Part shown: piece after piece, positions 43,619 through 54,289 of the stretch
Layout of the letters: each line of letters opens with the position of its first letter
Position numbering within the stretch: the stretch's first letter is position 1
Assembly: GCA_963796965.1 (NCBI GenBank)
Contig: CAWCNS010000016.1
Coordinates: 64,001-128,000 of the forward strand
Origin: Calditrichia bacterium
Lineage (GTDB): Bacteria > Calditrichota > Calditrichia > JAJRVZ01
Length of the DNA: 64,000 bases
Reading direction: 5' to 3'
The notes under the pieces: model-generated
Seen by the model: the letters and a program-made list of their open reading frames with translations, nothing else
Database searches by the model: none
What the model was told of the DNA's origin: nothing
Position numbers and translations under genes: made by a program

Positions 43619-44554
43619 ATGAAAATTTTTACAGATTTTTTACTTTGTAGCTCTAACATTCTTAGGGATCCAATTAATCAATGGTTGCAGTACAACTACA
43701 GACTCTGATCCGAACGGTGGGAACGGTGATTCTACTGATGTCAATCCACAGATATTATTTGTTAGTAATCGTGCTGGTAACCATGAGATTTATAAAATGA
43801 ATAGCAGATGGATCTAGCCTGTATCGTCTAACGAATACTACGGCCAATGAAGCATTATCCGCATTGGTCTCCCGACAGGAAAAAAATTGCATTTAATAGC
43901 AATCGTGAAGGCAATATGGATATCTATGTCATGAATAACAATGGAACCGAACAAACAAATCTGACTAATAATCCCGGAGAGGATTGGTATCCGTGTTTTT
44001 CCCCTGATGGGGCAAAGATTGCGTACACAACTTCCTCGTCGGGTGGTACCGATGAGGTATTCGTCATGAATACAGATGGATCTGATCCAATAAACCTAAC
44101 AAACCATGCGGCACATGACAGATGTCCCAGTTGGTCCCCCAATGGTGAAAAGATTGCTTTTATGAGTAAACGAGATGGTAATCTTGAAATTTATGTGATG
44201 AATGCAGATGGTTCAAATCAAGTCCGTCTGACAAATCATTCGGGTTGGGATGGATTGCCATGTTGGTCTCCAGACAGTGAAAAGATTGCTTTCAATAGTG
44301 ACCGGTCCGGTAATTCGGAAATATATATTATGAATGCCGATGGATCAAATCTAACCCCTCTGACGAATGATCCGGATCTTGATGCTTTCCCGAGTTGGTC
44401 CCCAGATGGTGAAAAAATAGCTTTTGTGAGTAATCGGACCGGTAATCATGAAATTTATATCATAAATGTTGATGGATCTGGGCTAAAGAACCTGACAATT
44501 AATCCAGCTCTCGAATTAGATCCGCATTGGGGTTTCCCTGAGGCTTCCGAATGA
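43619..44554 (+). CDS. Second TolB-like PD40-repeat lipoprotein (paralogue; indels near 43640 and 43803)
   Basis: Same repeat and ELDPHWGF C-terminus; N-terminus MKI..., LINGC lipobox in an upstream frame. Confidence 0.85.
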
Positions 44555-44818
44555 TGCGCTTGATTACTTCAAATTGACAATATTTTTGAGGTAGATAAGA
44601 AATTATAGAGGTTGAAGAGGATGATATTGCTGTGCTGATGCGGGATACGAGATACGAGATGCGGGTCAAATCATGGAAGATTTGATCCCGATTTGCCGAG
44701 AGGATCGAGGCGTTGTTTTCGGGAATATGGGATTTGGAACTGGGAATTCGTAAAATTCGATTTAATTCGTGCAATTCATGGAAAAAAATCTTTGCGTCGT
44801 TGCGTCTTTGCGTGAAAC

Positions 44819-44855
44819 AAAAAAAGGGTCGATGTTATCGCAACACCGACCCTTT
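44819..44855 (-). terminator. Intrinsic terminator of rplU-rpmA
   Basis: Minus strand AAAGGGTCGGTGTTGCGATAACATCGACCCTTTTTTT. Confidence 0.85.
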
Positions 44856-44876
44856 GTACGCACGTGTGAGAAAAAT

Positions 44877-45140
44877 TTATGCTTGTGCCTGTGGGTAGAC
44901 ACTTACTTTTTTGCGGCAGCTATCTTTTCTTTCAAAAGTGACCACACCATCTACTTTTGCAAACAACGTATCATCACTTCCAAGGCCGACATTATTGCCA
45001 GGATGTATTTTTGTACCCCGTTGGCGAATAATAATAGATCCGGCACTCACCATATTGTCCGCCAAAATTTTTACACCCAAACGTTTTGAATGACTTTCCC
45101 GTCCATTTCGCGAACTTCCAACACCTTTTTTATGTGCCAT
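44877..45140 (-). CDS. rpmA: 50S ribosomal protein bL27
   Basis: [28 protein letters not shown]. Confidence 0.97.
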   Translation of the reverse strand: MAHKKGVGSSRNGRESHSKRLGVKILADNMVSAGSIIIRQRGTKIHPGNNVGLGSDDTLFAKVDGVVTFERKDSCRKKVSVYPQAQA

Positions 45141-45738
45141 CTATTTCTCCTTCTTCTCTTTCGCCGCAGGCTTCTTGGCTGCTTTAGCCTATTTTGTAGC
45201 GGCTTTCTTCGGTGCAGCCGCTTTTTTGCCGCTGGTTTTGCAGTTTTTGCGGCAGCTGTCTTTATCTTGGCTGCGGCTTTTACAGTTTGTTCTTTAGGGA
45301 TCGTTGCTCGGTCTTTTAGCTGCAGGTTTTTCAGCTGGCAGGTTTGGCTGTCTTTGCGACGGCTTCTTCTTTCTTTTCTACCACTGCTTTCGCCTTTGGT
45401 GCAGGTGTCTCTTTCTTGACTGTACCGGCGCCAATGGTATTAATTTCAATAATCGAAAAACCCTGACGATGACCTTGAATCTTCTCATAGCCTTTACGTC
45501 GTTTCTTCTTAAAAATAATTACTTTTTTATCACGTCCATGCTCTACAACGGTTGCGTTTACCAGCATATTTTTGATTAGTGGGCTACCAACAGTCGTTTT
45601 GCCTTTATCATCCTCAAGAAGCAGAATTCGATCAAATCCAACTTTTTTCCCTGGTTCAGAGTCCAGACGCGGGACCTTTAATTTCAGATCTTTACTTACC
45701 CGGTATTGTTTGCCGGATATCTCAACAATGGCATACAT
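45141..45738 (-). CDS. rplU: 50S ribosomal protein bL21 with long Lys/Ala/Pro-rich tail (indels in tail)
   Basis: MYAIVEISGKQYRV, FKKKRRKGY, GHRQ; K/A/P-rich codons continue to TAG at 45143-45141, abutting the rpmA ATG. Confidence 0.92.
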
Positions 45739-45805
45739 TAAAAAATTCTCCTCGAATTATCATAAAGCCCCTTAATTTAAGGGCATTAAACCAATGAGTC
45801 AAGAA

Positions 45806-47339
45806 TCAATTTAAGGATATTTGCGATTTATTAAATTTATCATATACTTTGAACTCTCTGGTACCTAATGTACTGTCTTTTACAAATTTAATCTTAACCC
45901 AATATTTCCACATTAATTGTAAACGGCGCGAGAATTTGCCATTCATTACATAATTATAAATTTCTGGTGTCACGCGAACTGTTATTCGTCTGTCACCGCT
46001 ATTTGCCCGATACTTTTGTATCCACCGTTCCAGTTGAGAAATCTCGGTACTTGCAGTTGGAATAAGTCCCAATCCCTGACAATGCGGACAGTCTTCATGC
46101 AATGAATGGATAACACTGGGTCTCACCCGCTGTCGGGTCATCTCAATTAAACCAAAACGACTCATCTCTTCAATTTTGGTTATTGAACGGTCTTTCTGAA
46201 ACTCCTTTTTGAGTTCCTTGTAAACTTTCAATTTATTTTCTTCAGCAAGCATATCGATAAAATCAATTACGATTAATCCACCAATGTCTCTGAGACGGGC
46301 CTGTCTGGCAATTTCTCGGGCGGCAGCGAGATTGATTTTGAGAGAATTGCTATCGTGATCTCTCTTACCAATAAACTTGCCACTATTTACATCAATGGAA
46401 ACCATGGCTTCTGTTTGTTGAATCACAATATGGGCATCCACCTTTTATCCATACCTTCTGCTCAAGGCTACGGTTGATTTCTTCCTCAATTTCAAACTTT
46501 TCAAATATGGGAAGTTTCCCTCGATAATATTCAATTTTATGTTTGAGTTGGGGAGCGACTTCTTTGACATAGGTTGTGATTTCACGCATCAATTTTCTAG
46601 AATCTACCACAACTTGCGTCACATCCGTGGTAAAGAGATCTCTAATAATTGAAGACATCATCCCCATATCTTTATATACGAGATTTGGGGCCTCAACTTT
46701 TTGTATCTGTTTGTTAATCTTATCCCAGATTTTTAAAAGACTTTTAATATCGTGGCTTATAATCTTTTCAGATTTGCCCTCTGCCTGGGTTCGGACGATT
46801 AGCCCGAAATTTGTGGGAAGAATTTGTCTGGCCAGACTTTTTAATCGCTTCTTTTCTTTATAATTACTGATTTTTCTTGAGACGCCAATATAGCTTTCAT
46901 TTGGGATCAAAACACAAAATCGTCCGGGAACAGAAATTTGTGAAGTAACGCGGGAACCCTTGTTGGCTATTGGTTCTTTCATGATCTGAACGACTATATC
47001 CTGATCTTTTTTCAAATCACGGGCGGCTTTAAACAGATCATTTTTTTCACTTTTGCCATTTTCCGCTGTTTTTTCAGGATCCTCATCAGGATCAATCAAA
47101 AATTGTCCTGTTGCACCGGAGACATCAGAAAAATGCAGAAAAGCATTCTGTTCTAATCCGATCGAGATAAAGGCTGCCTGCATACCGGGCAGCACCCGGC
47201 TTACTTTTCCCTTATAAATATCTCCAACCATCCGTTGTGCTTCGGGGCGTTCGACAAATAATTCCATCAGGCGGCCATCTTCTGTAATAGCAATCCGCGT
47301 TTCTTCATTTGTCGCATTAATAATAATTTCTTTTTTCAT
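45806..47339 (-). CDS. rng: RNase E/G family ribonuclease (frameshift near 46440)
   Basis: GDIYKGKV..VLPGMQAAF, IDVNSG, RLRDIGGLIVIDFIDM, EMTRQR, CPHC. Confidence 0.9.
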
Positions 47340-47389
47340 ATGTCTAAACCTCTTTCTATCATGATAAAAATACTAAAGAAGAGGTAAAC

Positions 47390-50008
47390 TTAGCGGACTT
47401 CCATCGGCGAGATGGTATTTCCATTTTGTTTGATTAGCTGGCGTGTTCTATGAATGGGGAAAAATGAATCCATGTATGTCTGAGGGTTACATAGATGGGT
47501 AACAATTTCATCCACTCTTACCGTCCGTCCATCGACGGCCGTAGTATGTACTGTGAGAACTTTTTTATCTCGTTGGATCGATTCAATATAGGGTCTGATA
47601 TTTATTGTTTTTTCTTTGCCCTTTACCCGGCGCACAATTGAGATTTCAGTCTCTTTAAGTGCCGTATTGATCTCTTTCTGAGTTATTTCAAATTCTCCTA
47701 AATCAATTTGATATTCGGCCGCATTGATGCTAGCCATTAAAGATGGTATGGAATTATTGATAGTGATGATTTCAGTAACCAAAATCCCTTCAGGAAGAAA
47801 ATTATTTAATTTTTCTTTGATCTCCGATGCAGAAGTTTCATAGACCTGAATGTCTACGAACTCTGCTTCACTACTATATCCTAATCGGAGTGGGGGGCCG
47901 AATGCAAATTTGGGGCGGGGATTAAAGCCCTGGCTATGTGCAATTTTGATTTCTGCTCTTCGACAGGCCCGTTCAAAAGCGCGGACAATGTCAAAATGTC
48001 CTAAATATTTGCTATATCCCTGCTTTGAAAACCGAATGCGATAATAAGTAATATCTTCTTTTAATTTTTCATTTACCAGTAGTTGTTCAGGGGAACTCAG
48101 TTTTTCACCCCGTATCTCTTCACTGGGTTTGGCTGCCTTATTTTCCGCATCTTCATTAAGATAACAGCTGGTTAATTCCGCAAATCCATTCTTTCTCTGT
48201 ATGCCGCAACCATAACAGGATGCATCTTTACAGTCGATAATACTTAAACCCTCATAGGCATTTTTTCGTTCTTTGCGTAAATAACTTTTTGTAATTCCTT
48301 TGTCGATATGATCCCAGGGCAGAGGCCTATTATCTGGCAATTCATTCAGATAACGGTCCATGCTCACACTGGATTTTTCAAAGGCATTTTGCCATATTTC
48401 AAAACGAAAAAAATCATTCCATCCATCAAACCGGGCACCGTCTTGCCATGCACGTTCAATGACAGTCGCCAAACGGCGATCGCCTCTGCCAACGATGCAT
48501 TCTATTTGAGATACACCCGGATCTCGCCAACTTAACTTTACCTGTTTATATTTGGCTAATCTTTGCCTTATCAGGTAAATTTTTTCGTTAAACTCTTCTT
48601 TAGTGTCTTGTTTTTCCCATTGAAAAGGGGTATGTGATTTTGGTGAATGGGGCGACACCGATACATTCAGTTGAACTCTCCCATATTTTCTACTTTCTTT
48701 AATAACCCTTTCAATGAGGTCAGCTATTGCTTCAATATCCTCCTTTGTTTCTGTCGGTAGACCGACCATAAAATAAAATTTTAAAGTTTTCCAACCATTT
48801 GTCAGAGCAATCTCGGTCGCCTTCATCAAGTCATCTTCACTTATATTTTTGTTGATGACCCTGCGCAGGCGTTCGCTCCCTGCTTCGGGAGCAAAGGTAA
48901 AACCCGATTTCCTGACCGTTTTGGCAAATTCTGCAATTTCTTCGTTAAAACTATCCAGGCGCATTGAAGGAAATGAAAAATTTATTTTTTGACCCTCAAA
49001 CGCTTCACGCTCTTTTTTCATTAATGAGTTTAGTGAGGAATAGTCGGATATAGAGAGAGATAAGAAAGAAACTTCCTCATATCCTGTTCGTTTCAATGCT
49101 TCTTTGGTATATTGTACGATTTCATCTTCATTTCGTTCACGGGTTGGACGATAAATCATACCAGCATTACAATAACGGCATCCTTCTGTACATCCGCGCA
49201 TGACTTCTATAGAGAGACGGTCATGGGTTACTTCAATCAGGGGTACCAGTGGTTGCAGGGGGTAATCGTCGTTATTTAATGTCGGGGCTATTTGAGTCTT
49301 AATTGTCTTGGGCGCTTCACCATTTAAAAGGGTAAGGCCATTAAAATAGCCATCTTGATCATAGGATGCCTGATAAAGTGAGGGGATGTAAACACCTCGT
49401 ATCGAAGCCAGCTGTTCTAACGTTTTCTTCCGGTTCGATCCATTTTTTTTTGAATCCATCACTACCTGACATAAATCATCTAATCCTGCCTCTGAATCAC
49501 CAATATAAAAAGCGTCAAAAAATGAACCCAAAGGTTCCGGATTACAAGAGCAAGGTCCACCACCAATAATTATCGGATCTTTTTCTGATCTGTCTGAGGC
49601 ATGCAAAGGAATCTGCGCCAGGTCCAGCATATTCAGAATATTAGTGTAGGTAAGCTCATACTGGAGCGTAAATCCGATTATATCAAATTGTTGTAATGGG
49701 GTTAGCGATTCAAGTGAGAAAAGCGGAATCTCGTGTTTACGTAATAGTTCCTCAGCATCGGTCCAGGGAGCAAAAACCCGTTCGGCCCAAATATTTTTAT
49801 TTCGATTAAGCTGGTGATAGAGAATGTTTGTCGCCTGGGAGGACATAGCAATCTCGTAAACCTCAGGAAAGGCAATAGCGAAACGAAGATCAACTTCGGT
49901 CGTTTCTTTTAGGATTACATTTTGCTCTATGCCCAGATATCTGGCAGGTTTTTCAACAAAGGGTAGTAATCTATGCTCTAAAATCGTTCTAATTTTATCG
50001 TTTATCAA
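47390..50008 (-). CDS. B12-binding radical SAM protein (TIGR03960) fused to radical SAM-linked domain (TIGR03936/DUF2344)
   Basis: KPARY, AERVFAPW, RGCTEGCRYC, TFAPEAG, SQGFNPRPK; typical position upstream of rne/rng. Confidence 0.9.
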   Translation of the reverse strand: MINDKIRTILEHRLLPFVEKPARYLGIEQNVILKETTEVDLRFAIAFPEVYEIAMSSQATNILYHQLNRNKNIWAERVFAPWTDAEELLRKHEIPLFSLESLTPLQQFDIIGFTLQYELTYTNILNMLDLAQIPLHASDRSEKDPIIIGGGPCSCNPEPLGSFFDAFYIGDSEAGLDDLCQVVMDSKKNGSNRKKTLEQLASIRGVYIPSLYQASYDQDGYFNGLTLLNGEAPKTIKTQIAPTLNNDDYPLQPLVPLIEVTHDRLSIEVMRGCTEGCRYCNAGMIYRPTRERNEDEIVQYTKEALKRTGYEEVSFLSLSISDYSSLNSLMKKEREAFEGQKINFSFPSMRLDSFNEEIAEFAKTVRKSGFTFAPEAGSERLRRVINKNISEDDLMKATEIALTNGWKTLKFYFMVGLPTETKEDIEAIADLIERVIKESRKYGRVQLNVSVSPHSPKSHTPFQWEKQDTKEEFNEKIYLIRQRLAKYKQVKLSWRDPGVSQIECIVGRGDRRLATVIERAWQDGARFDGWNDFFRFEIWQNAFEKSSVSMDRYLNELPDNRPLPWDHIDKGITKSYLRKERKNAYEGLSIIDCKDASCYGCGIQRKNGFAELTSCYLNEDAENKAAKPSEEIRGEKLSSPEQLLVNEKLKEDITYYRIRFSKQGYSKYLGHFDIVRAFERACRRAEIKIAHSQGFNPRPKFAFGPPLRLGYSSEAEFVDIQVYETSASEIKEKLNNFLPEGILVTEIITINNSIPSLMASINAAEYQIDLGEFEITQKEINTALKETEISIVRRVKGKEKTINIRPYIESIQRDKKVLTVHTTAVDGRTVRVDEIVTHLCNPQTYMDSFFPIHRTRQLIKQNGNTISPMEVR

Positions 50009-50287
50009 CTCAGTTCCAAATAGTCAAAAATAAATCAAAGTTAAATTTAATCAAAAGCTTAGCCCGGTGCAAACGAACCTCGATTCTGGGTAAATGGATA
50101 ATCGATAGGTGATTCGTGATACATGATCCGGGATGCAGGATTTAAAGATTCATATATATTTGACAAGAACAGGCTACCAGCGATACTTCCCTTTTCCCTT
50201 TTCCCTTTTCCTATATCGATTAAGCTTGTTCATAGCCCAGATTTGTTTTATATTACGATTCGGTGTGATTAATCTTCTAAAAATCCT

Positions 50288-51352
50288 ATGAAAATTCTAT
50301 CAATGCAAATAAACAGCCCCGATGCGGAATATTGTACGCAAATGCTAACGCAGGTTTCCCGTACATTCGCACCGACCATACGTATGCTGCCAAAGAGGCT
50401 ATACCTGCCCGTTACGGTAGCTTATTTGCTTTGCCGGATAGCGGACACAGTTGAAGATGAAGCAAGTATAGCGGCAGAAGAAAAAGAAAGACTTCTTCTT
50501 ATCTATGCAGATCTTTTTAAACTGAACAATCCCGATCATAAAGAGATCTTTTTAACCGGGGTTGTCAATATTCCTGACCATAATGCCGATGTTGCTTTAA
50601 CCAAAAATCTTGAACGTGTCCTGAATGTATATAATACCTTTCATCCTGAAGTTCAGAAAATGATTGCCACCTGGGTAGTTGAAATGACCCTGGGTATGAA
50701 AAAATATGCGCAATCTTCAGCTAAAAGAAAAAAACAGTTTCTCCGCTCAATGAAAGAGCTGGATGAATATATGTACTATGTTGCGGGAACGGTTGGACAC
50801 CTGTTAACCTCGCTATTCACCTATTTCTCAAATAAAATCACACCGGGCATTTCTAAAAAATTGGAGATTTTTTCAGAATCATTTGGAAAAGGTCTTCAGA
50901 TGGTAAATATCATACGCGATATGGCTGGCGATCTCAAGCGCGGGCAATCTTATATTCCGGATGAGATTTTACATAAATATGCCCTGACACGACAATCAAT
51001 ATTTGAATCAAGTAATCGTGATAATGCTGAGTTGTTATTCGATGAGCTGATTGGGACAGCCGTTGATCATCTTGATCAGGCTTTGGCCTATGTTGTAAAC
51101 ATCCCAAAAGAGGAAGCACGTATCCGTATTTTTTGTTTGCTTCCACTATTCTGGGCGATGCAAACATTAAGTGCTATTCACGAAAACACGCTAAATTTAT
51201 TAAAGGCAGAAAAAATAAAAGTATCACGAAAAGTTATCAGGGTTGAATTTTATAAAACTTTAATTCTGACTTTCTCAAACCGTCTTACCGTAAGACATTA
51301 TAATAAAATTAGAAAAAATCTCGCCTTACAACCCCTCACAGCTATTCATTAA
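50288..51352 (+). CDS. Squalene/phytoene synthase family protein (squalene synthase-like)
   Basis: VSRTFA, YLLCRIADTVED, Y.YYVAGTVG, GLQMVNIIRD, FCLLP. Confidence 0.88.
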   Translation: MKILSMQINSPDAEYCTQMLTQVSRTFAPTIRMLPKRLYLPVTVAYLLCRIADTVEDEASIAAEEKERLLLIYADLFKLNNPDHKEIFLTGVVNIPDHNADVALTKNLERVLNVYNTFHPEVQKMIATWVVEMTLGMKKYAQSSAKRKKQFLRSMKELDEYMYYVAGTVGHLLTSLFTYFSNKITPGISKKLEIFSESFGKGLQMVNIIRDMAGDLKRGQSYIPDEILHKYALTRQSIFESSNRDNAELLFDELIGTAVDHLDQALAYVVNIPKEEARIRIFCLLPLFWAMQTLSAIHENTLNLLKAEKIKVSRKVIRVEFYKTLILTFSNRLTVRHYNKIRKNLALQPLTAIH

Positions 51353-51384
51353 TCCCAGCTTTACTCATATAGAGCATGTAATGG

Positions 51385-51957
51385 AACGCGGATTACGCGG
51401 ATGACGCTGATCCCAGCGGATTTTTATTTATAATTATTTTTCCAATTGCTTTATGATCATTCGCAAACACTTTCCTTTTAAATTCGGCTTTCTTTCCAAA
51501 ATTTAACAATAATCCAACCTCAATATTTGTTGATTTTAGATAATTTATTAATTGTGCCTCATGTGCTTTACATATGCTCTCAGCAGACTTTTAATTCAAC
51601 TATTACTTTATTTTCAATAATTAAATCAGCATAATAATCACCGATTACTTTTCCTTTATAAAAGATTTGTATATTCCTCTGCTTTTGAACCTTGCAGCCT
51701 TGAGTTTTTAGTTCTAGTTCCATTCCATTCTCATAGACTTTTTCGAGAAAGCCATATCCAAGTGTATTATATACAGTATAGAAGGCATTAATAATCTTTA
51801 CAGTAACATCACTATGAATCATGCTATTCTCCTTTTTTTTAATGTTCAAATAAGCAAATATTATGCCGAACAAATTTCCAGAGAATTAGTTTATGAGATT
51901 ATCCAAATCAATATAAATACATCCGCGGGAATCAGCATCATCTGCGTAATCCGCGTT
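51385..51957 (-). mobile_element. Putative mobile unit: GxxExxY gene bracketed by 37-bp inverted repeats
   Basis: 51385-51421 vs reverse complement of 51921-51957 match at 33/37. Confidence 0.7.
51393..51822 (-). CDS. GxxExxY protein (PD-(D/E)xK nuclease-like; frameshift near 51590)
   Basis: LGYGFLEKVYE, YADLIIENKVIVELK, HEAQLINYLK, GLLLNFG; RBS GGAG; stop lies inside the repeat. Confidence 0.9.
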
Positions 51958-52000
51958 GGATTTTGTACTTTTTCCAAATTCAGGTTTTTAGTTTTAACTT

Positions 52001-52159
52001 ATGTTTGGATTTGTAAATGTCGTAGAGGATGCTAATGGCTTGATGATTGGTGTGGTAAATTTCGCTAAGCGTATGTATGGAATCCAAATAGGTATATTTA
52101 ATTTAATCGGTGAAGGTGGCGTTGCACCGGTTCTGCCGATCGTCAATTGGTCGTTTTAG
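52001..52159 (+). pseudogene. C-terminal remnant of an LA_2272/VC2662-like surface-repeat outer-membrane protein
   Basis: MFGFVNVVEDANGLMIGVVNFAKRMYGIQIGIFNLIGEGGVAPVLPIVNWSF*; no signal peptide or RBS. Confidence 0.6.
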
Positions 52160-52285
52160 CTAAGTTCCTGGGAAGGCCAGGGTTCTTGGCACATGCTGCT
52201 CGAGTTTGAGGTTGGGTGGAAAAACTTGAGATCAAAGAATTTCAATTTTAACTTGACAATAAACCGATATGGACAAAACTTTTAA

Positions 52286-52338
52286 TCACGCATCCCGTAT
52301 CACGCATCACGCATCACGCATCACGCATCACGCATCAC
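52286..52338 (+). repeat. (TCACGCA)n heptamer tandem array overlapping the CDGSH gene stop
   Basis: Seven units, one degenerate, plus TCAC. Confidence 0.9.
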
Positions 52339-52579
52339 AGTCGTACAGCGTCTCGTGTGTCCCATCACAAAAAGGTTTATTCCCTGAATGTTTACACCCA
52401 CACCAGGCCACTTCCTTCTCCTCTTTGATCTCCACAATTATAGGTTTTAGATCGGTTTTTATATGTGTACCATCGCAATAGGGTTGTTTTGCAGACCTTC
52501 CGCAGGCACACCAGGCATATTTTTTTGGTTTTACTTTTTCTACATACGGGGATTTTTGGGCGATAATTGGTTTTGACAT
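52328..52579 (-). CDS. CDGSH iron-sulfur domain protein (two CDGSH motifs)
   Basis: WCACGRS..QPYCDGTH and WCGCKHS..PFCDGTH. Confidence 0.92.
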   Translation of the reverse strand: MSKPIIAQKSPYVEKVKPKKYAWCACGRSAKQPYCDGTHIKTDLKPIIVEIKEEKEVAWCGCKHSGNKPFCDGTHETLYDCDA

Positions 52580-52875
52580 GAGATCTCCCTTTAAATTAGT
52601 TAAATATTTTGTTAAGGAATATTACTTACTAAATATTCAATATTCAACACGGAACAGTCAATATTCAAGTACTTTTATTGTAAATTGAGAATAATCAAAA
52701 TCTAATAAATACGATAATTATGTGTAAATATCTAGTATCAAAATTGTATGTACTTAAAATCCGGCATACGAGAATGCTTGCGATATCCTGTAATAATTTT
52801 TACCTTAAATAGGGCGTTTGGTTTTAGATATAAATCATCTCCCGGTTTTACTATTCTGGAGGAATTCTACATTAG

Positions 52876-54289
52876 GTGATACATACAATACCAAATGAAA
52901 GTTTAGATCACTATCTAGACACACTTCTCGGAGATGATAAAGATTCATTTCTTTCAGCTCCGGCTGAGCCAATGGCGGTACGTCTGAATTCCTTAAAATC
53001 CTCTGTCGAATACTTGCCGGGGTTTTTAAAAAAAAATGAGCAGTCATTTGAGAAATTAGCATTTACAGAATCCGGATATGCTCTAAATTCCGAAAAACCA
53101 CCATTAAGTCATACAATAGCGTTTTTTGAAGGAAATTTTCAGTATCAGGGTATCTCTTCCCAAATCCCTTCGATTGTTTTAAATCCCCAGCCTGGTGAAA
53201 AGGTATTGGATATGACCGCAGCACCCGGTTCAAAATCCACACAAATAGCAGCCATGATGCAGCAGAAGGGGATTCTGGTTTTGAATGACTGTTCCAGGCG
53301 TCGTCTCCAGGGTCTGCAGACAAATATGCAACGCTGCGGTGCTCTAAATTTTTATATACTGAAAGAAAGAGGGGAGAAATTAAGCCGCATTTACCCAGAA
53401 TACTTTGATAAAATTCTGATCGATGCCCCTTGTTCCGCCCTGGGAACGCTTTCCACCAATAGACAGGTTCGCCATTGGTGGTCAGAAACAAAATTAGAAA
53501 AACTCACCGAACTTCAATATCGATTATTGGTATCTGCCTTCAAATCTTTAAAAATAGGCGGTGAGATGGTTTATTCTACCTGTTCGGTGGCTCCGGAAGA
53601 AAATGAAAAGGTGATTGAAAAATTACTATGGAAATTTCCACTCCAGATTGTCACTATTCCGGAAAATATCCGCCAGGGTTATGATAAGGGATGGACCGAG
53701 TATGAAGGTGCGGCGTTACCAGAGGACCTTGCAAAAGCCGTTCGGGTTTGGCCCCATAAGCATAATCAGGAAGGATTTTTTGTCATTAAACTTATTAAAA
53801 CTGCTGGCTGGAAGAAGGATTCTGAGGCCGCAAAAATAAGCTGGAAGGAGACCCAAAGTCATACTAATGAAACGATTGTTACTATACTGGAAGCGATGAG
53901 TGAACAATGGGGAATAAATAAAGAAACATGGTGTAAATACAGGTATCTGTTAACCAAAGATCGTATTTGGATGACCAGTCAGGAGATCGAACGGGTTCCC
54001 GATGATAATTTTATTTCTGCTGGTATCCTCTTGGGGGAAAGACGAATTTCAGGCTGGAAATTAACAAACAGCAGTGCTCAAATTCTCTCAGAGACTTATA
54101 TCAAAAAGAAAAATTATCTTATCCATTTCTCAGATAAAAAGTTTATTTAAAGAAGGACGAACGGGCTATCCAGGATTAGAGAATGGATATTATGTGTTAG
54201 AATATGATAAAAGAATTATCGCATCGCTATTTTGCGAGAAGGGGAATCTGAGAATCCGCTTGCCCCATTCCTTTAATCTTGTGATGTGA
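52876..54289 (+). CDS. rsmF: RsmB/NOP2 family rRNA m5C methyltransferase, RsmF-like (frameshift near 54090)
   Basis: VLDMTAAPGSKSTQ, DAPCS, YSTCS.APEENE, GFFV. Confidence 0.8.

Noticed and set aside
42580..44530. Regularly spaced DNA repeats (TGGTC.CC..A.GG, ATGAATGC.GATGG) as CRISPR or DGR template/variable repeats
   Set aside because: They are coding PD40 repeats in two paralogues; no reverse transcriptase and no adenine-specific mismatch pattern seen.
52269..52481. Short track ORFs built from repeats (e.g. 52269-52481, 12543-12746, 34882-35121, 59413-59721, 7428-7613)
   Set aside because: Low-complexity translations of heptamer or nonamer arrays with no RBS or family motif.
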